A DNA stretch of 64,000 nt from the NCBI GenBank assembly GCA_950097015.1, contig CATNEN010000041.1, forward strand, positions 558,001-622,000, written 5' to 3'. The position numbers and the translations under genes are program-made. The first letter of the stretch is position 1; every line of letters starts with the position of its first letter. Positions 23,457 through 34,311 of this stretch are shown piece by piece. This DNA is from Macrostomum hystrix (Eukaryota > Animalia > Platyhelminthes). The notes under the pieces were generated by a model, which worked only from the letters and a program-made list of their open reading frames with translations, made no database searches and was not told the origin of the DNA.

Positions 23457-24587
23457 CCTTTTTGCAATCTAGTTTGCCAAAACCGCAATCAATTTTGCCC
23501 CCTAAGAGAATTTACTTGTATATTTCTAATATCTTGGCTTAACCTGCCCATTCATTGCCACAGTTTGAATCATAGACAAATCCTTGAAACTGCATTCAAT
23601 TTTGCCAAAACTGCGATCAAGTTTGCCCATAGTAAAAAGCAAGCACCGCAGACAAACATAGCAGCGCAAGAATGGCTCAGCGCGGATCTTATAACAATAT
23701 TTCTACGAAGGACCGGCAGCGCTTAATTCAAGCATTTCAGAACGGAGAGGACTGGCAAGATTTCGGTAGACTTTTGGGCATCGCACGAAGAACCGTGACC
23801 TATATCGTTGGGCGATTTATTGCAAGTGGTCGCATTGATCCTCTTCCTCGCGGAGGTGCCAAACGGAAGTCACTCAGCGATGCTATGGTGGAGAGAATAT
23901 GTAGCTATGTCCAAAGTAATCCAACAGCAACCTTGCAACAAATGAAGAACAATCTCAGACAGGAATTTCCAGACGCCCCCGATGTGAACCTCTCAACCAT
24001 TAGCCGCGCTCTTGGCGGCCAGCTACGCTAAAGCTTGCTCGACAAGTGCCCCAGGACTGGAACAACGACATGACAAAGGAGGCGCGAAGGATGCATGCTC
24101 AGTGGCTGCTAGATGACGGAAGTGTACGCCATCTTTTGTACCTGGATGAGTTCGGAGTTAACTTGTGGACTGCGCGGACACAAGGCAGAGCTCCACGTGG
24201 CGATCGGTCCATAACAATCGTCGATTGTTGGGTTTCGGCCAGCGTGGACGAAATCTGAGCATTTGCCTGGCGATTTCCCAGGAGCTTGGTCTTGTGCACT
24301 TTGCTCTGGTCGAAGGCGGATTTCGCAACGAGCACTTTGCCGGATTTTGTAGTTCTGTTTGACGGAGCAAGGGCCCTGTTAGTTTTAGTTATTCGTTCTC
24401 AAATAAATTCGTTTCGGGCAAACTTGATCGCAGTTTTGGCAAAATTGAATGCAGTTTCAAGGATTTGTCTATGGTTCAAACTATGGCAATGAATGGGCAG
24501 GCTGAGCCAAGATATTAGAAATATACAGGTAAATTCTCTCCGTGGGCAAAATTGATTGCAGTTTTGGCAAACTAGATTGCAAAAAGG
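23457..24587 (+). mobile_element. IS630/Tc1-like element B, internally deleted, 172-bp TIRs
   Basis: 23457-23628 is the reverse complement of 24416-24587. The left end follows TA (TATA then CCTTTTTGC). ORF from 23672 has an HTH region and LDEFG but stops before the second Asp. Confidence 0.9.
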
Positions 24588-24957
24588 GTGGAACTATCTA
24601 TTAAAGATGTTCATGCTCGAAGTGAGAAAAGTCGATGGTACTAAATACAATGCTACGACTCTTAAGGACATATTTTCTATGATGCAGCACTGTCTGCAGC
24701 ACACGCTCAAGAAAGAACTAAATCTCTGGAAGGACGCTGCGTGCAAAGATGCAAGAGTGGCATTGGACGCTGCCATGAAAGATGCTACTAGAGAGGGCTT
24801 AGTTCCTGGAGTAAATGCGTCGAACCCAATTCCTTCAAGCCTGGAGGATGATTTGTGGCGGAAAGGACGTCTAGCAACTACGTCGCCGAAATTACTGCAG
24901 TTTACGCTAGTGTTCTACCTTGGCAAGCATTTCGCTTTGCGTGGGGACATAACTTGA
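24588..24957 (+). pseudogene. Crypton-like YR5 fragment (same subfamily as YR3/YR4)
   Basis: FMLEVRKVDGTKYNATTLKDIF...YLGKHFALRG closely matches YR4. Truncated at both ends. Confidence 0.85.
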
Positions 24958-25807
24958 CGCTATAGGCGCTGCTATTTGAACTTCCTGTTGAGTACGTTGT
25001 GTTAATTCGAATTTGCTAAATAAAAATTTAGCAGGACTGAGAACTACTTCTCAGGCCTCGTTTGGGGACTGAGAAACAGTTCTCAGTCCTCAAACAACCA
25101 AAAAACTACCATAGAAGGTTTGTTCCTCGGGAAAAGGATGAGACTCGGAAAGAAGCGAGAAACGCACTTTCCGTAGGTTAAATAAATTGATGGGTACGCC
25201 TGGGAATGCCACAATTGTCGGAACCAACACTCCATCCGACGGGTTTCCTTCTTCGATGGCTCCTACCTACAGCTGGCCAAGATAGTGGAGCTCACCTACT
25301 TTTGTTCCCTGGAGAACAAGACTGTGATTTTCTTCTGAATGACCGACCAAATGACCATTTTCACTCGTTGCTGTTTGTTGTTCTTAGTTCATTTCATAGT
25401 TCTCCGATATTCCGTAATGAGGAAGTGAAATTTCAAAAGGGAAAATAACTACGCGAAACAAAGTAAAACATTGCCAAAAATATACCTTTTTGCTTCTTAT
25501 TTGGTTTTTTTATCATTCAAATTGGTGCGTGGCCGTCAGCAGTCTGACGTGGCAGCGTAGTAGAGATTCTGCATGTTATGTTATGATAGACTCATTCTCT
25601 GTGTGTTTGATTTATGTCTATGGACACGATTAATAAACGAGTACTAAAGAGCACTTATAGCTACACAGCTGCTCTATATCCTTCCTAGCATCCAGAAACT
25701 TAAGACTTCTGTGTCGGAACACAACATGGTGTCAGAGGTGCACTTGTGAAGGGCGCTTGATTTGAATAGTCAAATGCAGCACTGTGCTCAACTGGATCTG
25801 AATTCAA

Positions 25808-28800
25808 ATGGACGGCGGGCTGAAACCCCCAAAGCAATTCTGCTTTGATGAGCACAAGGCGGAAAACTGGAGTAAATGGATTTCTGCGTTCGAGCTCTAT
25901 ATGACCGCAACAAAGCGTGACGAATCACCTGCTAAAGTGCAAATAGCGACACTGCTAACAGCCATCGGAGAAGAAGGTCGTGAGATTTATTCAACTTTCG
26001 AGAAATCGGAAGGAGACGCAGAGCTGTCGAAAGTGACGAAACAATTCGAAGAATACTGCAAGCCGAGTGCGAACGAAACTTTCGAGCGCTACAAATTTCG
26101 GCAACGCAGGCAGAACGAGCATGAGAGCATTGACTCATTCGTGAGCGGCCTGAAACAACTGATCAAGAAATGCTCATTCGAGAAGCCAGCCTACGAATTG
26201 ACGGTGAAAGAATCAATAATCAGAGACCAGATTGTCCTCGGTATCAGAGACACGGAGTTGCGAGAACGGCTCCTACGTGAGCAGGAATTGACGCTAGACA
26301 AGGCTATATCTATCTGCCGTGCAAGTGAATCATCAAAGACCCAAGTGCGGATCATGACGGGAAACACCTCCAGAGAGACTTCGAATTACATCCAGAAAGA
26401 AGTAAATTTAGTTGTGAAACCTCGCTCAACAGGCAGACCAGATTTCACGTACAAGGAGAGACAACAGAACAGAAGGTGTGGGTCCAAAGGAAAGCCGATG
26501 GTAGGAAAGTCGGAGGGTTGCTCATTCTGTGGGAAGAAACATAAAAAAGGTGCATGCCCTGCATATGGCAAGACGTGCAAAGCATGCGGAAAGCAAAACC
26601 ACTTCAGTAACGTCTGTCGAAATAAGACCGTTAGAGCCTTGGATCAAAATACAAACGGGAGCTCAGAATCTGATCGTCAAGATTCGTGGGTCATGTCACC
26701 ATCTCTACGACCGGGTGGCAACCACAGAGACAGTAGAACAACTGTCGGTATCAAAATCGAAGGTCAGCTGGTGAAATGCAAATGCGACACAGGAGCGGAC
26801 GCAAATGTACTCCCTGAGCATTTGCTTAGGCGGATTTCACCAAACACGCGGATACAGGAAACGTCCTGCAGACTCTTTTGTTATAAGAGGACACGCCTAA
26901 CAGTCGCAGGGAAGGTACAAATGAAACTGGAATATGAAGGAGTCAAGCGGGAAGATGAATTTATTGTGATCAAAGAGAAGCTCATTCCACTCATAGGATG
27001 GAAAACCGCGGAAGAGATAGGCCTGGTGAAATTTAACTTCGGAGTTTCTGTTCAATCTGAAGGGTTCAAGTCCACGTGGACGGATGAAAGATTTCTTCGT
27101 GAGTATCCCGATGTCTTTGAAGGAACAGGTTGCTTACCTGGGAGTTATCACATCAGCCTGCGCGATGACAAAGAATCTTGGACGGATCGCCCTCGAAGAA
27201 TCCCGTTTGCTGCAATGCAACCCTTGAAGGCTGAAATAGATCGCCTGGTTTCGGATGGACTTATCACCAAGTGCGACGAGCCTACGAAGTACGTTTCAAA
27301 TGTGGTCGTCGTCTGGAAGGCAGACAAGACTATACGTCTTTGCCTAGACCCTCAGCGTCTGAATGCCAACATAATAAGAGAGCAGTACCAGATACCGTCT
27401 TATGACGAAATTATTGCGGAAATCGGAAACGCTGCTCTGTTCTCAACTTTTGATGCGACTGCGAGTTTTCACCAGATTGCATTGGATTATGAAAGTTCGT
27501 TGATGACGTGCTTCACACGCCTTTTGGACGATATCGTTGGCTCAGAATGCCCTATGGAATTTGTTCCGCGTCGGAAGTCTACCAGAAGCGAGTTCGAGAG
27601 GAGATCTCGGACAAGATCAGAAACTGCAACAATTTTATAGATGACTTCATTGTTTGGGGCAAGACTGTGGAAGAACACGATGAAGCTGTGAAGCAGCTTA
27701 TGGAAATATGCCGTGCGAAGAATTTGCGCTTGAATTATAAAAAGCGGAAAGTCGGATTGAAGGAGTTGAAATTCCTCGGCAATATACTTTCGCACACCGG
27801 AATTAAAGTAGACCCAGACAAAGTGAAAGCAATGCGCGATATGCCCCGACCAAATACTCTATCCGGCAATGAGAGAAAACAGCAACTTATGCGATTTCTG
27901 GGATGTGCACATTTTTTGTCCAAATTCATTGCGGATTTGTCATCTAAAGCAGCACCGCTACGAAGATTGCTGACGAAGAATGCTCAGTGGAACTGGACGA
28001 ATGAACACGAAAAAGCGTACGAATCAATTTTGCAGAGTCTTAGCTCGCTATAACCCAAACGTGCCACTAACTCTGTCAGTCGATGCTAGTCAACACGGTC
28101 TCGGAGCAACTATCCTGCAAGATGGACACCCGCTGGAATACGCTTCGTCATCACTGACGCAATCCCAACGGAAGTATGCTCAGATCGAAAAGGAACTTTT
28201 GGCTATTGTGTTTGGCTGCAAGCGATTCCACCAGTACGTCTGGGGACACAAGGTAACTGTCGAGAGCGACCACAAGCCACTAGAGAACATCTTCCGGAAG
28301 CCAATTTCAACTCTTACAGCAAGATTGCAGAGACTGATGCTACTAGTTCAGAAGTACGACCTGCACATTGTATACGTTCCCGGTAAAGACCTGCACATTC
28401 CAGACACTCTGAGCCGCGCTTTCTTAAAGAACGTGCATGCCTCAAAACAACTCGAAGATGACATCGAAGGTCACGTGCTCGGTGTTAGAATTTCGGTTGG
28501 ATTCCCAGAACTGATGCAGAAACTGGAAAATGAAACGGCAAAGGACTCAACACTGCAACAACTCGCTGAAATCATCGGTGTTGGTTGGCCACACCACAGA
28601 AGCCAGCTCGTGACTGAGCTTCGTTGTTTCTGGAACATCAGACAGGATCTGACTGCGCATGGCAATCTGATCTGGATGAAGAACCGAATAGTCGTTCCAA
28701 ACTCAATGAGAATGGAAGTGCTACAGAAGCTGCATACTGGACACCCTGGAATTGTGAAGGCAAGCTTAAAGGCGTCAGAGAGCGTCTACTGGCCTGGAAT

Positions 28801-29884
28801 TCGAGGTGATATTCAAAATATGACTTCAGCGTGCATTGCCTGCCAGGAAAGCCAAAGAAAGCCACAGAAGGAACCAATGGTGGTTCAGTGCTTACCGGAC
28901 TACCCATTTCAGGAATGTGGCACAGATATTTTCCATATTGACGGGAAGAATTACCTGATATATGTTGATAAATACAGTCGGATGATCGAGTACGCTAGGA
29001 TCAACAATACTTCAGCTAACTCTGTGATTCCCCAACTAAAGAAGTATTTCCAGACCTATGGAGTTTGCGAGACTTTAAGATCTGACAATGGACCTCCATT
29101 CTCAGGAAGAGAATTTGCCCGTTTCGCTAAAGAGTACGGCTTCAAGCATTTTACATCATCGCCGAAGTACAGCCAGTCCAACGGATTAGCGGAAAGAGGC
29201 GTTCAAACGATCAAAAGTATTTTAAAGAAGGTTCTAAAGAGCAATGAAGGCGAGCACATGGCACTGCTACATTACAAGAACACTCCTATTGAGCATGGAA
29301 TGCCATCACCCGCTGAACTGGTCTTTGGACACAAACTGCGCTATGATTTGCCGATCCCAAAAGCAGATCTGATTCCTAGACATGTCATGTCCAGGAAAGT
29401 ACTGCAGAAGCTGAAGGACCAGCAGGACAAGACTGAAGAGTACTACAACCGTGGATCTAAGGAGAGGAGAGAATTTGGTTGTGGAGAAAAGGTTTGGATG
29501 CACGAATCAACACGACGATGGCAGCCAGCAGAAGTGCACATGAGAGTGAATGACCGTTCTTATATAGTTCGCGATGGACAAGGAAAGCTACTACGTCGGA
29601 ACAAATCGTTTTTGACTCAACGGACTGGAGCAGCAGAAGAACTCGCTGTTCCACAACGAGAAAACCTTAAAGACGCATTGGGAATGGAAACTGCCGCACC
29701 ACTGAAAGCTTCTCAAAGTCAACCGGATCAACACGAAGCAGTGGAGGAAAATGGAGGAAGCAAACCATCAGTACAAGCACCTAATGCTCAACAATGTCAG
29801 TCACCTAGGACAACTGATACGCATGGCTATACGACACGAAGTGGACGTGTGGTGAAGCCAGTCGTGCGATTTCAGGCACATTGA
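25808..29884 (+). CDS. Gypsy 2 gag-pol (CCHC, protease, RT, RNase H, integrase), 2 apparent frameshifts
   Basis: CKACGKQNHFSNVC; KCDTGAD; FIDD; DASQHGLG, EKELLA, SDHKPL; integrase H/H/C/C, DIF, SDNG, E. Frame changes at about 27510 and 28030. Confidence 0.93.
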
Positions 29885-30056
29885 TTGAAAAAGTATAAGT
29901 GTAGAACAGAACTTCCGGAAATAGGATTTATTTTTATTACATACAGGAATCCCTCTTAAGAAGGGAGATGTTATGTTATGATAGACTCATTCTCTGTGTG
30001 TTTGATTTATGTCTATGGACACGATTAATAAACGAGTACTAAAGAGCACTTATAGC

Positions 30057-30112
30057 CACAGATTCTATATTACCTGTTCTTCATATTATTCTATGATAAT
30101 ATAGAATCTGTG
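30057..30112. mobile_element. 56-bp micro-MITE in the Gypsy 2 3' LTR
   Basis: Perfect 16-bp TIR CACAGATTCTATATTA / TAATATAGAATCTGTG. 8-bp direct repeat CTTATAGC at 30049-30056 and 30113-30120. Absent from the 5' LTR. Confidence 0.75.
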
Positions 30113-31210
30113 CTTATAGCTACACAGCTGCTCTATATCCTTCCTAGCATCCAGAAACTTAAGACTTCTGTGTCGGAACACAACACTGCATAGACAAACC
30201 ATAGAAAGCCATAGACAACAGAAATCAATTTGGCTTTGACTGCGAGCAATTTGGGCCATAGCTGGAAGGCATAGCTAAAGCAAAGAATGTCGCAGAGAGA
30301 GGACCATTCGCTAAAATCCGTCTGGTGGACAGAGAGGATAGTGAATGCATACGTGACGGGTGGCGACTGGAAGGCGCTTGGTCGAATGATGGGTTTCGCA
30401 AAACAGTCGGTTCGAAACATTGTGACCACGTACGAAGAGACCGGAAGAACGCACACTCTGCCGAAAGGAGGAGTGAAGACGCAAAAGCTCACCGAACCTT
30501 TGGTGAATAGACTGGTTGAATTTGTCAGTGACTACCCTGCCGCTACGCTGGAGCAGATGAGATCGCACCTGCTTTGGGGCAACGACGATGACTTCAACAT
30601 CAGTCTCAGTGCCATTTGTCGTGCTCTGGATGGTCAGTTGATCACACTATAGCTTCTGCGCCAGGTCCCTGTTGATTGGAACACGCCTGTCACGAAAGAA
30701 AGTCGCAGGAATGCACGTGCAGTGGCTTCTGGACGAGGGCAGCCAAGAACATCTTCTGTTCATGGACGAGTTCGGCGTGAACATCTGGACGGCCAGAACT
30801 CAGGGGCGAGCCCCCAGAGGGATACGAGCAGTGACGGTGGTGAATGGTCAGCGAGGCCAAAATCTTACAATCTGCCTTGTCATCTCGCAACATCTGGGGC
30901 TCGTGCACTACACGCTGGTCGAAGGTGGATTCAGAAACGAGCATTTCGTGGATTTTCTCTCGGAGGTCGACCAGCTGGTGGAAGGAAGCTTCGTGCTTCT
31001 GTCTGATGGCGCCCGTGCTCATCTGAATGCGCCAGGGATGAGCGATGGCCACATTCACAGATTCCTTCCACCTTACTCGCCCTTCCTGAACCCGGCCGAA
31101 AGAGCTGGCGCTGCCATGAAGGCTGACCTGAAGAGACGCCTGCACGTGGGTGGAATCCAGGTGGAGGTCGCCAACAGGCAACAGGCTGCAGCACAGGGCC
31201 TCACGTTGCA

Positions 31211-32561
31211 TCACCCATCGAAGAGGCATTTGGCAAACATCGGCTGTTGCACACTTCGCATGTCAACTTGAGCTTGCTGCATGACTGTTGCACTAGTGGT
31301 TGCACTCGTAGTCGCCTCGGTTGGTGGGGCCAAATTGTCACTAACAGCGGTAGCAACCTTCCTGAGGGTTCTGTCACGCTTGCGTGCGAGATAACGTCGA
31401 ACAGTGGACTCCGATCGTTGTCCCGTTACCGCCATTATCTCACCCATAGGCATTCCTTTGTCGAAAAGATCTGCAATATGCGTGACGCGTATGCAGTGAT
31501 TCGTGTACTGCTTGAAGAGGTTGCACACACTACTAACGTGCTTCATGAATGCAGCCAACCAATTGACACCGCGCACGTGCGTAGTAGAGAAGCGAATTTG
31601 TCCTCCCGAATTGTTAGTCAGAGGGCGCGGAAAGAACGAGGACGAGGACGAGGACGAAAGAACGTAACAAACTCTGATAATGCAGGATCAACTCCCGCTG
31701 AGCGCCGTAGATCCGACTCTGTTTGCGCTGATTTCCCTTGCATTTTGTTGGATCGCTACTCTGGTTTTTTGTCTTTAACGGCGGCAACGCAAGATATGGA
31801 TTCCCATCAGCGTCGACTTCTTCTTGGAGCGTGCCAACTTGCTTTAGACTTGACAGGTGTTCTTGACCTCTCTCGCCCAGGACATACAGCAGCGTAAATA
31901 GTACTTCATCTTGCAACCGTTCAGCTGTAGAATGGTCAAAATAAGCACGCATTTTCTGTAAATCGCCTTCTTCTATTGGCTCGTGCTGATTGACAGTGCC
32001 TCCATCAGCATGAAAATGCCGCACCTTTACTCGCAGCATCCGGTTGGCAGTGGCGAACTCGTCACTGGAAATAATATTTGTTCGACGCTTCAGCACGAGA
32101 GTCAAGTACCTCTGCACTCCAGCACGAATGCAGACCAACGTAGCTGGCGAATAGCAACTGCCGTCAGATTTTTTTAGACAGAAGTAAAAGAACCTTAGAA
32201 ATTCGGCCAAGCGACTGTCACTGATCACGCTCACATCCACAGCACCATGCTTCTTCAAAAACTCCACGAACATTTTGCCATACAGAAACATGTGTTCTCG
32301 TGTAGTTCTCGGCAGTGATTCCAGTTCGACAACATCCATCGCACTGGGTAAATCAGATAGTTCTGGAAGCTCGACACTAGAAACCGCAGCGGCCTCATCA
32401 GCCGTCTCGATTTTAGACAGGTAGTCGATAAAATCTCCAAGAATTTCATCGGAACTGTGGTTCACGGCGCTCAGTTCACTCAGAAAATCTAGTTCAGTAG
32501 ACGAGACGCCATCTAATTCTAAACTGTCGACCGGTAGATTTTTCCAGTTGATAAGAGGCAT
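31211..32561 (-). CDS. Crypton-like tyrosine recombinase YR6 (related to YR1), frameshifted
   Basis: LKKSDGSCYSPATLVCIRAGV, LGERGQE (catalytic Arg), YTNHCIRVT, TGQRS, RRY. Frameshift near 31600. Confidence 0.85.
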
Positions 32562-32890
32562 TTTTAATTCGATTTCTCTCGCTTCTTGCTTCTAGTTCTT
32601 AACTACCTAACAGACTTCATGGTCGAGCTTTTCTTTTAGAGAACTGTATTCTAAAAAATGTCTATGGTACGATTAGTCGGGGCTCTGCCCCCACACCCCC
32701 GCAAGGGAGCTGCGCTCCCTTGACCCTGCTCACTGCCGAGCTATTATCTATGGCACGAAGACACTGCAGCGTTACTTAATGGCGTGGCTTAATGGCGTTA
32801 CATAATGAACAACCGAAAATGCTAGTCTAATAAGTCTATATGATAATGCGCTTATGTCTATGGTTTCAGAATTAAATAATGATCAGCATT

Positions 32891-32932
32891 ATTCTGATTC
32901 TGATTCTGATTCTGATTCTGATTCTGATTCTG
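32891..32932. repeat. (ATTCTG)7 microsatellite
   Basis: Read directly from the sequence. Confidence 0.95.
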
Positions 32933-33759
32933 TGATCATTATTCAAGTCGGAAACCATAGACTTAATCTACCATTATACGAGTAAATTAGGCCCTAGGAT
33001 ATAAGTAATAAATCACGATATAAGCGATGCGAGCTCGTGTTCGGGGGACTCACCGTTTGCTGATTGTGGCACAGTGGCAGAGTGTCAGCGATAAAATTTT
33101 CTAACAAAAAACCAAAAAAGTCTGTTCCTCAGCTTTACTTCACTCGACTGTTCACTGGCCATATAATATGGCAGACGGATTTTATCCATAGTCTATGGCC
33201 GTGTGTGTTTTCAGTAGAAGCCATAGACAAACAGTCGATTTTGGAGGGTGCTAAAAATTTTAGTCCGTTAAGCCCATCAAGACCGTCAAGCCCTTCTCTC
33301 GCACCAAGGTCTAGAAAAAACGATCGATAAAAGCCTATTTTCTCTTATTGGTTAATACAGGGGGGAGTTAAAAATGTGTAAATGACTCGATTAACGCCAC
33401 CCCACCCCTCCGACCACTTTGTAGCGCGCCCAGACTGGACTTTGCTATCTGCACCCCAAACCCGATGTCTTCTCTTGAAAGACAAAAAAACTAAATAACA
33501 GGAAAGGTTTAACTGACAGAATACATAGAATGGTGGATTCTGTGGTTTAACTGCATTTTTTCTATAGAGTAATATAATATTCCTTTCTGCAAAGCAGTTT
33601 GCATATGTAGTTTATATTTAGGCTCAATGGCGCAACTAGGAGACTTTGGTCCGGCCCCGCCCCTATTTTCTGAAGGGGGGCGGACCAAAGGTGAATCATC
33701 CTGGACGAGTGGCGGATGTGGTTCAAGGGCCGTTTTGGTGAAAAATTCGCTTGGTCCCC

Positions 33760-33880
33760 TCAAAGGTTGCCCTTATAGGGGCGTTTACTGCACGACAAGC
33801 CCCAAAACCTTCTCTACGCGGAATCGAGCTGAGTAACCTTGTTGCGATCCTCAGCGGAAACCACCCTGCGACTCACCCCC
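33760..33880 (-). mobile_element. SINE-like repeat fragment related to the 39.2-39.6 kb SINE
   Basis: Shares TGCACGACAAGCCCC (33789-33803 vs 39463-39477) and CGCGGAAT(C/T)GAGCT(G/C)AG (33817-33833 vs 39523-39539) in the same order. Confidence 0.5.
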
Positions 33881-34311
33881 GCAGACAGGGGGAGTGATGC
33901 ACAAAAAACCAAAGTCAAGCCACAAGCGCGCAGTGAGGGGTAGGGTTGCACGCGTTGGCCAGAAGGATGAGGCATAGTCGCGCAGAACTGATTGGCAGGA
34001 GCGGCAAAGCCACGCAGGGCTGGGGGTAGGGCTGACTGACAACGCCCCCGCCCAACCAATCAGGTGGCGGCGCAGGGCACTCGGAGTGGGGGACGGGGGG
34101 AAGGGCGAGACAAAGACCGAGCAACCTCAACCGGGTGGAAACCAGCCTGGCGGGCAACCGACACTGTTCACCAGCTTGAGGAGCACAGGCAGTAAATATT
34201 AATAAATTTAACCTGCCCGTACAGCAAAAACTATTCAAACGATTATAGGGATAAGAGAGGCGTGAATCACTTTATAATCTACTCTAATTACACAAGAGTA
34301 CTCGCTTATTA

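Larger units (their letters stand above)
25574..30185 (+). mobile_element. Gypsy LTR retrotransposon 2, full length, recent
   Basis: LTRs at 25574-25726 and 29969-30185 (TGTT...AACA), identical apart from a 64-bp indel. TSD CTGCA at 25569-25573 and 30186-30190. PBS TGGTGTCAGAGGTG (tRNA-Leu-like) at 25727. Polypurine tract at 29958-29968. Confidence 0.96.
25485..31213 (+). mobile_element. IS630/Tc1-like element C, split by Gypsy 2, right end lost
   Basis: Left end TATA then CCTTTTTGC at 25485, as in elements A and B. Transposase 30287-31213 with MDEFG, SDGARAH and PPYSPFLNPAE. Confidence 0.8.

Noticed and set aside
1-33300. Fanzor/TnpB or other RNA-guided nuclease cargo in the IS630-like elements
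   Set aside because: No RuvC-like or zinc-finger motifs were seen, and the space between the TIRs is accounted for by the transposase and nested insertions.
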